From Mobula hypostoma (lineage: Eukaryota), in assembly GCF_963921235.1 (NCBI RefSeq), contig NC_086107.1, forward strand, positions 115,942,001-116,006,000: 64,000 nt of DNA, given 5' to 3'. Shown in pieces: positions 41,501-53,500 of the stretch. Numbering within the stretch: the first letter of the stretch is position 1; each line of letters begins with the position of its first letter. Both the position numbers and the translations under genes were made by a program. The notes below the pieces were generated by a model. The model did no database searches, was not told the DNA's origin, and saw only the letters and a program-made list of their open reading frames with translations.

Positions 41501-44500
41501 AGGGGATGGGGGATACAGTCGGGGAGGGGAGGGGGGATTCAGTCGGGGAGGGGATGGGGGATACAGTCGGGGAGGGGATGGGGGATTCAGACGGGGAGTG
41601 GAGGGGGGATTCAGTCGGGGAGGGGAGGGGGGATTTCTCACCCAGGATGCTGATCCAAGTTACGACGGAGAAGGAGACGACAATAAAGCTGGTGAGTGCC
41701 GAGAAACAACAGAACAATACACGGTACCTGGGGAGAGGAGAGAGAATGAGGGGTGGGGAGAGAGTGACGGGTGGGGGAGAGAGTGACAGGTGGGGGAGAG
41801 AGTGACAGGTGGGGGAGAGAGTGACGGGCGGGGGGGGAGTGACGGGCGGGGGGGGAGTGACCGGCGGGGGGGAGTGACCGGCGGGGGGGAGTGACCGGCG
41901 GGGGGGAGTGACCGGCGGGGGGGAGAGTGAAGGGGAGAGAGTGATGGGTGGGGGAGAGAGTGACGGGTGGGGGGGGAGTGGCGGGTGGGGGGGGAGTGGC
42001 GGGTGGGGGGGGAGTGACGGGCGGGGGGGAGAATCACCGGCGGGGGGGGGAGAGTGACGGGGGGGAGAGTGACGGGTGGGGGGAGTGACGGGCGGGGGGG
42101 AGTGACGGGCGGGGGGGGAGTGACGGGCGGGGGGGAGTGACGGGCGGGGGGGAGTGACGGGCAGGGGGGAGAGTGAAGGGGAGAGAGTGACGGGTGGGGG
42201 AGAGAGTGACGGGCGGGGGGGAGTGACGGGCGGGGGGGGGAGTGACGGGCGGGGGGGGGAGTGACGGGCGGGGGGGGGAGTGACGGGCGGGGGGGAGTGA
42301 CGGGCGGGGGGAGTGACGGGCGGGGGGGGAGTGACGGGCGGGGGGGGAGTGACGGGCGGGGGGGAGTGACGGGCGGGGGGGAGTGACGGGCGGGGGGGAG
42401 TGACGGGGGGGGGGAGTGACGGGCGGGGGGGAGTGACGGGCGGGGGGGAGTGACGGGGGGGGGGAGTGACGGGCGGGGGGGGAGTGACGGGCGGGGGGGG
42501 CGAGTGACGGGCGGGGGGGCGAGTGACGGGCGGGGGGGGAGTGACGGGCGGGGGGGAGTGACGGGCGGGGGGGAGTGACAGGCGGGGGGGAGTGACAGGC
42601 GGGGGGGAGTGACAGGCGGGGGGGAGTGACAGGTGGGGGGGGAGTGACAGGTGGGGGGGGAGTGACAGGTGGGGGGGGAGTGACGGGCGGGGGGGAGTGT
42701 AGGAGCAGATTAAGGGGAGGGAGGGAGAGTGGGGGAGGAGGCAGGCGAGGAGGAGGGAGCGCAGTGAGGGGGAGAAGGGGAAGGATGGAGTGAAGAGCAA
42801 ATTGGGCCGAGAGAGGCTGGGGCGCAGGGCTCAGGCAGTGGAGGGAGATACAGACTCACCCGTAGGGCAGGAGGTGGATGAGGAAGGGGCTGACGAGTTT
42901 GATAATCAGGGTGGGCAGGATGTCAGCGAGGAGAATCGCCTGTAGGGTGGGGAGGGGGGTGGGAAGAGAGGAATGAGGATGGAGGGCCGAGGGTGAGGGA
43001 GGGGTGGGGGAGGGGGAGTGAGTGAGGGAGAGGGTGGAGAGGGGGAGTGAGGGAGAGGGTGGAGGGGGGAATGAGGGAGAGAGTGGGGGGAGTGAGGGAG
43101 AGAGTGGGGGGAGTGAGGGAGAGGGTGGGGAGGGGGAGTGAGGGAGAGGGTGGGGAGGGGGAGTGAGGGAGAGGGTGGGGAGGGGGAGTGAGGGAGAGGG
43201 AGAGAGTGGAGGTGAGTGAGTGAGGGGGAGGGTGAGGGAGTGGGTGAGGAGAGTGGGGAGGGGTGTCGGGACAGAGTGGATGGAGAGGGAGTGACATTAC
43301 TGATAAATTTTACTTCCCCCTCTCCCCTCCCATGCCCCCACCATCCCACGTCCATGCCCCTTGCCCTCCACCACACGTCGCGTCGCGCCCAGCTGACACT
43401 CACCGCAGTGGAGATGGAGTTACAGTCGAAACGTCCACCTCTATTCGTGCCACCCCCTGGGACAGAGGCACTGGGCATCTGGGTGCTGTTGGGTGGGGGA
43501 GTCTGGGTAGGGAAGAGGCAGAGAGAGAGAATGGGAGATGGAGGGGTGGGGAAAACAGAGGAGATGAGAGGGAGAGGTTGAGAGGTGGGGAGAAAGGAAG
43601 GAGGTGCAAGATAGAGGGAGAGAGGAAGACGATGAGAAAGAGGTTGGGGAGATAATTATACTCAGCGTTACTGTAATACCAGTGGGACAAACAGACACAT
43701 GTCAACAGTGTGGTGTAGCCAGCAGTTCAGAGTATTGTTGCCTTTTCTATCTCACGCCAAGGGAACGTATCCTCTTGGACTTCACAGATCACACTTTTAA
43801 ACAGGGGTCTTGTGAGGAGCTTTGGCATTGGTCAGACCACGGCTGGATGGGGGAGGACCAGGGACTGTGAATTGTGCTGAGGGTGTTTAGGTCTGGTTAT
43901 TCAGGAAGGTACAAGAGGTCCATGCACGGCCATCTCACATGTAAAGTGGCAATCTTGGACCAGGCTCGTCAGCTGCGGCAGGGTTGGAATGCTGTCGCCT
44001 CCTACAAAGCGAAACCACACGACATAGATGACAAGGTTTCGCTCCACGTCTCGCTTTGACAGACAGAACATAAGAGGCACCTTCACGAGCACCTACAGTC
44101 CCCGACAACACTGTAACTTCAGCTTCTGTCGCGGATGTGAGAGCATCCCTCAGGATGGTAAACCCACGAAAGCATCCGGCCCAGCAGGGTTATCTGGCCG
44201 AGTACTGAAGACCTGGCTGGAGATCTTCAACCTCACCCATCCTCAGCTTGAGGGCCCCCTTGCTTCAAGCAGGCTTCAGTTCTGCCACTGCCCAAGAACG
44301 AGGTGGCCTCAGTGACTATTGCTAGTAGCATTTACACCCACAGTGATGGTGTTTCGAGAGGTTGGTGATTAAACGTCTCAACTCCTGCCTGAGGAGTGAC
44401 TTGGATCCGCTCCAATTTGCCTGCAGGAGAAACAGGTCAACAGCAGGTGCCATTTCATTGGCCCCACTCAGACCTGAAACAGGTTGACAATGAAGACTCG

Positions 44501-47500
44501 TACATCAGGAAGCTGTTCATCGACTACAGCTCAGCATTCCACACTATCATCCCCTCAAAACTCATCAGGAAACTCTTCGATACCTCCTTTCCTTACTTGC
44601 AGACCCAGTCAGTTTGGATCAGCAACACCGTGTGCTTAGCCCTCTGATCTACTCGCTTTACACTTACGACTGCGAGGCTACGCACAGCTCCAATGCAGTA
44701 TGTAAGTTTTCTGACGACACAACTGTTTGCAGTGATGTCGGTTGGAAACCTGGTTTGGATGGTGCCACAACAACCACTTCTCGCTCAATATCAGCGAAGC
44801 CAAACAACTGATTAGTGACAGGAAGAAAGTGCAGCTCCATGAGCCAGTCCTTGGAGTTAACTTTAAATTCCTGGCTGTTATGGTATCAGAGGATCTGTCC
44901 TGGGACCAGTACATACAAAGAAGGTACAACAGCACCTCCACTTCCTCAGAAGTTTGCATAGATTTGGGACATCATCTGAAACGCTGACAAACTTGTGGAT
45001 GCACAGTCCAGTATCCTGCCTGGTTGTATTGCAGCCTGGTGTAGAAATGGCCAGCAATGGAAGGCTACAGATATGGCCCAGACCATCACAGGCAAAGTCC
45101 TCTCCACCACTGAGTGCAGTTACAAGGAGCAGTCTCCGTCATGAAAGACCCACACCATCCAGGCCCTGCTCTATGAGCGGGAAGCTGCAGTCCCACACCA
45201 CCAGTGATTACCCCTCGACCATCAGACTCCCGAGCCAGTGTGGATAACGTCACTCAGCCAACACAACAGCCTACAGACTCACTCGCAAAAACATCTTACA
45301 ACTCACCTTCTCAGTATTTCTCTAATTTTGTAGTTTGCCCTGTTTTGCACATCCGTTGTTTTTGCGTACAGATGTTAAAAATTATATTTTGTCTATATTT
45401 CTGTAAACACATAAAAAAATGAATCTGTGTAGAATAACACATCTGAACTTTGATAATGTATTTAAATTTGAGTAAGGCACATCATGTCAGATACACGTTA
45501 CAGAAAAACATAAATTACATACAGATTTCACAAGAACAGAAACTCCATTGGAGCACAAAGTGGTCAGAGTGCTTCAGTACTCAGTGATTCGGATTGTGCT
45601 GTTGGTTCAAGAACCGAATGGTTGACGGGAAGTCTCTGTTCCTGAACCTGGTGGTGTGGGACGTCAGGCTTCTGTACGTCCCGTCTGATGGGAGCTGTGG
45701 GAAGGTGGCATGGCCCGGATGCTGGGATCTTTGACGGTGGACGTTGTCTCCGAGGCCCCTCCGATGGTGGGGAGGCACGTGCTCATGATACCTTCTGGTA
45801 AGATGGCAGCGTGTTCGGACATGGATGCCTTTGTTCTCTGTCAAATGTCTTGTTTTTACGATCTGGACTCCGAGAAGTTTCAGTACTGCGGATCTACCCC
45901 ATCGGTGAGATGCTCAGTGGTGCAGGAGCTGGACGGGGTGCTGGTCGAGCTGCTGCCTGCTATAGGAAGCCATCGTGGTCGGTGCGCGAAGGCAGCGTGC
46001 GGTGTAGCCGTGGGTGATTGTCTTGGATGTTTCTCGTGCAATCGCAAGAGCCTGGTGAATATTGATCAGGTAAGATGCCACAGGCCTGCTTCCCTCGGTG
46101 GATCAGGGTAGCATGGCGTCTGGCGTGGTTGGGAGCTGCCCTCCAGTGCTTGATTGGTGGAATGACAGGCCAGATTGTGCGCGCTGTCGGGAACTGCACC
46201 TCAATTTGCGGGAAATGTTGTTCAGGGACTCAGGCTGTATAAGGTTTTTTTTGTGTGAAATAGACAATAGACGATAGGTGCAGGAGTAGGCCATTTGGCC
46301 CTTCGAGCCAGCACCGTCATTCACTGTGATCATGGCTGATCATCCACAATCAGTATCCAGTTCCTGCCTTATCCCCATAGCTTTTGATTCCGCTATCTTT
46401 AAGAGCTCTATCCATCTCTTTCTTGAAAGCATCCAGAGACTTGGCCTCCACTGCCTTCTGGGGCAGAGCATTCCACATATCCACCACTCTCCGGGTGAAA
46501 AAGTTTTTCCTCAACTCCGTTCTAAATGGCTTACCCCTTATTCTCAAACTGTGCCCTCTGGTTCTGGACTCACCCATCAGTGGGAACATGCTTCCTGCCT
46601 CCAGTGTGTCCAATCCCTTAATAATCTTATACGTTTCAATAAGATCCCCTCTCAGCCTTCTAAATTCCAGAGTATACAAGCCCAGTCGCTCCAATCTTTC
46701 AACATATGACAGTCCCGCCATCCCGGGAATTAACCTTGTGAACCTACGCTGCACTCCCTCAATAGCAAGAATGTCCTTCCTCAAATTTGGAGACCAAAAC
46801 TGCACACGGTACTCCAGGTGTGGTCTCACTATTTTGAATGTGCTGTGTATGTTTTGCATCTTGATCCCAGAGGAACACTATCTCATTCGGCTGTATCCAT
46901 GTACGATTATTAAACTGGATCTGACTGTACCGAGTACACGCCTCTCTGCAACTTGTTACATTCCTGCGCATTCAAACTGCCATCACAGACCGCAATGCGA
47001 CCAGTCAGGACATTCCCAACAGGACATTTGTGAAAGTTTCTTGGTGTTTGCTGACGAGCCAACCTCCAGAAGAAGTAAATACACTGGAATGCCCTGCGTC
47101 ATCTATGCTTTTTGCCGCCTCAGTAAAGTTCAAAGTAAATTTATTATCAAAGTTTGAACATGTTTATAGCAGGACTTTTAGCAGTGCGAAGGAACAGTGG
47201 GATCTTGGGGCCCACGTCCCTGGATAAGCTCAAAGTTTCCACACCAGTTGACAGGAGTATGGTATACGGTGCATTGGCCTTCGTTCGTCAGTGGATTGAG
47301 TTCCAGAGCAGCGAGGTAATGCTGTAGCTCTAAAAATCCCTGGATAGACCACACTCGGAATATCGTGTTCAGTTCTGGTTGTCACATTATGAGCTTTAGA
47401 GAGGGTGCAGAGGAGATTCACCAGGATGTTGCCTGGATTAGAGAGGGTGTAGAGGAGATTCACCAGGATGCTGCCTGGATTAGAGAGGGTGTAGAGGAGA

Positions 47501-50500
47501 TTCACCAGGATGCTGCCTGGATTAGAGAGGGTGCAGAGGAGATTCACCAGGATGCTGCCTGGATTAGAGAGGGTGTAGAGGAGATTCACCAGGATGCTGC
47601 CTGGATTAGAGAGGGTGCGGAGGAGATTCACCAGGATGCTGCCTGGATTAGAGAGGGTGCGGAGGAGATTCACCAGGATGCTGCCTGGATTAGAGAGGGT
47701 GCAGAGGAGATTCACCAGGATGCTGCCTGGATTAGAGAGGGTGCAGAGGAGATTCACCAGGATGCTGCCTGGATTAGAGAGGGTGCGGAGGAGATTCACC
47801 AGGATGCTGCCTGGATTAGAGAGGGTGCGGAGGAGATTCACCAGGATGCTGCCTCGATTAGAGAGGGTGCGGAGGAGATTCACCAGGATGCTGCCTGGAT
47901 TAGAGAGGGTGCAGAGGAGATTCACCAGGATGCTGCCTGGATTAGAGAGGGTGCAGAGGAGATTCACCAGGATGCTGCCTGGATTAGAGAGGGTGCAGAG
48001 GAGATTCACCAGGATGCTGCCTGGATTACAGAGCGTGTCTTATGAGGAAAGGTTCACTGAGCTAACGATTTTCTCTTTGGAGTGAAGGATGAGAAATGAC
48101 TTGATAGAGGTGGTAAGAGATATAGACCGAGTGGACAGTCAGAGACATTTTCTCAGAGACTTTGGTTAATGGCAAATACAAGAGGGCAGAATTTTAGGGT
48201 GACTGGAAGAAAGCATGGAGGGGGATGTCAGAGGTAGTTTATTTTAAAATAACAGAGCGTGGTGGGTGTGTGGAACACACTGACAGGAGTGGAGGCAGAT
48301 GTAGAAACATTAGGGCATTTATAAGACTATTAGATAGGCACATGGGGATGACAGAAAAATGGAGTGATGCTTGAGAGAGAATGACCTTGGAGTAGAACAC
48401 TGACGGCCGAGGGGCCTGTAATGGGCTCTGTGATCTGCTCCACATAATCCACCCTGCATGTTAAAATGTACAACCTGGAAAGTCATTTCCTTGCAGGCAG
48501 TTACAGGGAAAAAGAAACAAAATTTTTACAAAAAAAATCTATGCAAAAACCAAACAACTAATAGGCAAAACAAGACAAACTGCAAATAAAAATAATACTG
48601 AGAACAGGACAGCGAGTTGGTGGGCTGGTGGGCTCATCGTGGTGAATCGGGTTATCCACACTGGTTCAGGAGCCTGATGGTTCTATGCTAGTAACTGTCC
48701 CTGAGCCCGGTGGGGTGGGAGGGGGGGAAACAAAAGGTCTCTGTAAAGCAGTCAGTATAATCAAAGACACCCCCCCACCTCAGACATTCTCTACTCACCC
48801 CACTTCCATCAGGCAGAAGACCGATCAGGCTCAAGGTCAGCGTCTGTCCTGCTGGCATAATCTTACTGAAAGGTAGCCGAGCGGACTCTCGACCTCACAG
48901 CCTATCTGGACCTCATTGACCTTACTGTCTGCCTGCACCGCACTCTCCCTGTAACTGCGACACTTCATTCTGCATTCCCTTGTTCTAACTCAATGCACTG
49001 TGTAATGATCGGATCCGGATGAAAGTTTGTAAGACCAGCACTGTACACGTGAGAATAAACCAATTCTCTGTTTCAAATCACCATCACCTGTGTGCTGGTT
49101 ACAGACAGGAGGGACCTTGACCCTGAGAGTATAACATCACCGTGGACAGGTCGAAAGAAAGGACCAGGAGATTCTGCGGATCTGAGGGGGGATTTTTCTC
49201 CCTGGGGAGAAGGGACACAAGAACGCTCGACCTCAGTACATGCTGAAGCCAGAAACTCCCCCAGCACTGGAACAGCCGAGAAGGAGCAGGGAATGCTGGA
49301 AGACACAGGGCCTGTTCTTGGACTGGGTACATCAGGGGAAGAGACCCAGTGCAGAATGTTCGGGATCAGGGAAAGGATGGGTACCTACCGGTCTAGTAGT
49401 GTTTGCACCCTCCTGCGTGGAGAGAATATCATGGGCAGCACTTAACATGATTACGTAGGAGAAGTTGTTACAGAGGCCAAGAATCCTGGGGTGGGGGTGG
49501 GGGGGGGAGAGGAGAGGAGGAGGCAGAGTTGGGGTGGGGGGGAGAGGAGAGGAGGAGGGAGAGTGGGGGTGGGGGGGAGAGGAGAGGAGGAGGGAGAGTG
49601 GGGGTGGGGGGAGAGGAGAGGAGGAGGGAGAGTGGGGGTGGGGGAGAGAGGAGAGGAGGAGGGAGAGTGGGTGGGGGGAGAGGAGAGGAGGAGGGAGAGT
49701 GGGGGTGGGGGAGAGAGGAGAGGAGGAGGGAGAGTGGGGGTGGGGGGAGAGGAGGAGGGAGAGTGGGGGTGGGGGGAGAGGAGGATGGAGAGTGGGGGTG
49801 GGGGAGAGGGGAGGAGGAGGGAGAGTGGAGGTGGGGGAGAGGAGAGGAGGAGGGAGAGTGGGGGTGGGGGAGAGGAGAGGAGGAGGGAGAGTGGGGGTGG
49901 GGGAGAGGAGAGGAGGAGGGAGAGTGGGGGTGGGGGAGAGGAGGAGGGAGAGTGGGGGTGGGGGAGAGGAGAAGAGGAGGGAGAGTGGGGGTGGGGGAGA
50001 GGAGAGGAGGAGGGAGAGTGGGGGTGGGGGGGAGGGGAGAGGAGGAGGGAGAGTGGGGGTGGGGGAGAGGAGAGGAGGAGGGAGAGTGGGGGTGGGGGGG
50101 AGGAGGGAGAGTGGGGGTGGGGGGAGGAGGGAGAGTGGGGGTGGGGGGAGAGGAGAGGAGGAGGGAGAGTGGGGGTGGGGGGGAGAGGAGAGGAGGAGGG
50201 AGAGTGGGGGTGGGGGAGAGGAGAGGAGGAGGGAGAGTGGGGGTGGGAGGTGGGGGTGGGGGAGAGGAGAGGAGGAGGGAGAGTGGGGGTGGGGGAGAGG
50301 AGAGGAGGAGGGAGAGTGGGGGGGGGGAGAGGAGAGGAGGAGGGAGAGTGGGGGTGGGGGGGAGAGGAGAGGAGGAGGGAGAGTGGGGGGGGGGAGGGAG
50401 AGGAGGGAGAGTGGGGGTGGGGGGAGGGAGAGGAGGAGGGAGAGTGGGGGTGGGGAGGGAGAGGAGGAGGGAGAGTGGGGGTGGGGGAGAGGAGAGGAGG

Positions 50501-53500
50501 AGGGAGAGTGGGGGGGGGGAGAGGAGAGGAGGAGGGAGAGTGGGGGTGGGGGGGAGGAGGGAGAGTGGGGGTGGGGAGGAGGAGGGAGAGTGGGAGAGTG
50601 GGGGTGGGGGAGAGGAGAGGAGGAGGGAGAGTGGGGGTGGGGGGAGAGGAGAGGAGGAGGGAGAGTGGGGGTGGGGGGGAGAGGAGAGGAGGAGGGAGAG
50701 TGGGGGTGGGGGGAGAGGAGAGGAGGAGGGAGAGTGGGGGTGGGGGGGAGAGGAGAGGAGGAGGGAGAGTGGGGGTGGGGGAGAGGAGAGGAGGAGGGAG
50801 AGTGGGGGTGGGGGAGAGGAGAGGAGGAGGGAGAGTGGGGGTGGGGGGGGGAGAGGAGAGGAGGAGGGAGAGTGGGGGTGGGGGGAGAGGAGAGGAGGAG
50901 GGAGAGTGGGGGTGGGGGTGGGGGAGAGGAGAGGAGGAGGGAGAGTGGGGGTGGGGGAGAGGGAGGAGGAGGAGAGTGGGGTGGGGGGGGAGGAGGAGAG
51001 GAGAGGAGGGAGAGTGGGGGTGGGGGTGGGGGGAGAGGAGAGGAGGAGGGAGAGTGGGGGTGGGGGAGAGGAGAGGAGGAGGGAGAGTGGGGGTGGGGGG
51101 GAGAGGAGAGGAGGAGGGAGAGTGGGGGTGGGGGAGAGGAGAGGAGGAGGGAGAGTGGGGGTGGGGGGAGAGGAGAGAGGAGGGAGAGTGGGGGTGGGGG
51201 GGAGGAGGGAGAGTGGGGGTGGGGGGGAGAGGAGAGGAGAAAGGGAGAGTGGGGGTGGGGGAGAGGAGAGGAGGAGGGAGAGTGGGGGTGGGGGGGAGAG
51301 GAGAGGAGGAGGGAGAGTGGGGGTGGGGGAGAGGAGAGGAGAGGGAGAGTGGGGGGGGGGAGAGGAGAGGAGGAGGGAGAGTGGGGGTGGGGGAGAGGAG
51401 AGGAGGAGGGAGAGTGGGGGTGGGGGGAGAGGAGAGGAGGAGGGAGAGTGGGGGTGGGGGAGAGGAGAGGAGGAGGGAGAGTGGGGGTGGGGGGAGAGGA
51501 GAGGAGGAGGGAGAGTGGGGGTGGGGGAGAGGAGAGGAGGAGGGAGAGTGGGGGTGGGGGAGAGGAGAGGAGGAGGGAGAGTGGGGGTGGGGGAGAGGAG
51601 GGAGGAGGGAGAGTGGGGGTGGGGGAGAGGAGAGGAGGAGGGAGAGTGGGGGTGGGGGGAGAGGAGAGGAGGAGGGAGAGTGGGGGTGGGGGGAGAGGAG
51701 GAGGGAGAGTGGGGGTGGGGGAGAGGAGGAGGGAGAGTGGGGGTGGGGGGAGAGGAGAGGAGGAGGGAGAGTGGGGGTGGGGGAGAGGAGAGGAGGAGGG
51801 AGAGTGGGGGTGGGGGGAGAGGAGAGGAGGAGGGAGAGTGGGGGTGGGGGGAGAGGAGAGGAGGAGGGAGAGTGGGGGTGGGGGGGAGAGGAGAGGAGGA
51901 GGGAGAGTGGGGGTGGGGGAGAGGAGAGGAGGAGGGAGAGTGGGGGTGGGGGGAGAGGAGAGGAGGAGGGAGAGTGGGGGTGGGGGGGAGAGGAGAGGAG
52001 GAGGGAGAGTGGGGGTGGGGGGAGAGGAGAGGAGGAGGGAGAGTGGGGGTGGGGGGAGAGGAGAGGAGGAGGGAGAGTGGGGGTGGGGGAGGAGGGAGAG
52101 TGGGGGTGGGGGAGAGGAGAGGAGGAGGGAGGTGGGGGTGGGGGAGAGGAGAGGAGGAGGGAGAGTGGGGGTGGGGGGGAGAGGAGAGGAGGAGGGAGAG
52201 TGGGGGGGGGGGGGGAGGAGGAGAGGAGGAGGGAGAGTGGGGGGGGGGGAGAGGAGAGGAGGAGGGAGAGTGGGGGTGGGGGGAGAGGAGAGGAGGAGGG
52301 AGAGTGGGGGTGGGGGAGAGGAGAGGAGGAGGGAGAGTGGGGGTGGGGGAGAGGAGAGGAGGAGGGAGAGTGGGGGGGGGGAGGAGAGGAGGAGGGAGAG
52401 TGGGGGGAGAGGAGGAGGGAGAGTGGGGGTGGGGGAGGAGGAGAGGAGGAGGGAGAGTGGGGGTGGGGGAGAGGAGAGGAGGAGGGAGAGGAGGAGGGAG
52501 AGTGGGGGGAGAGGAGAGGAGGAGGGAGAGTGGGGGTGGGGGAGAGGGAGGAGGAGGGAGAGTGGGGGTGGGGGGAGAGGAGAGGAGGAGGGAGAGTGGG
52601 GGTGGGGGAGAGGAGAGGAGGAGGGAGAGTGGGGGTGGGGGGGAGAGGAGAGGAGGAGGGAGAGTGGGGGTGGGGGGAGAGGAGAGGAGGAGGGAGAGTG
52701 GGGGTGGGGGAGAGGGAGGAGGAGGGAGAGTGGGGGTGGGGGGGAGGAGAGGAGGAGGGAGAGTGGGGGTGGGGGAGAGGAGAGGAGGAGGGAGAGTGGG
52801 GGTGGGGGGGGAGAGGAGAGGGGAGGAGGGAGAGTGGGGGTGGGGGGAGAGGAGAGGAGGAGGGAGAGTGGGGGTGGGGGGAGAGGAGAGGAGGAGGGAG
52901 AGTGGGGGTGGGGGGAGAGGAGAGGAGGAGGGAGAGTGGGGGTGGGGGGAGAGGAGAGGAGGAGGGAGAGTGGGGGTGGGGAGGGAGAGGAGGAGGGAGA
53001 GTGGGGGTGGGGGAGAGGAGGGAGAGTGGGGGTGGGGGGAGAGGAGAGGAGGAGGGAGAGTGGGGGTGGGGGAGAGGAGAGGAGGAGGGAGAGTGGGGGT
53101 GGGGGAGAGGGGGAGGGAGAGTGGGGGTGGGGGGAGGAGAGGAGGAGGGAGAGTGGGGGTGGGGGAGAGGAGAGGAGGAGGGAGAGTGGGGGTGGGGGAG
53201 AGGAGAGGAGGAGGGAGAGTGGGGGTGGGGGAGAGGAGAGGAGGAGGGAGAGTGGGGGTGGGGGAGAGGAGAGGAGGAGGGAGAGTGGGGGTGGGGGGAG
53301 AGGAGAGGAGGAGGGAGAGTGGGGGTGGGGGGAGAGGAGAGGAGGAGGGAGAGTGGGGGTGGGGGAGAGGAGAGGAGGAGGGAGAGTGGGGGTGGGGGAG
53401 AGGAGAGGAGGAGGGAGAGTGGGGGTGGGGGAGAGGAGAGGAGGAGGGAGAGTGGGGGTGGGGGAGAGGAGAGGAGGAGGGAGAGTGGGGGTGGGGGGAG

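Noticed and set aside
47365..48085. Novel repeat-protein gene (14-aa repeats)
   Set aside because: The unit is a CR1 ORF2 segment within a decayed LINE, with no gene structure.
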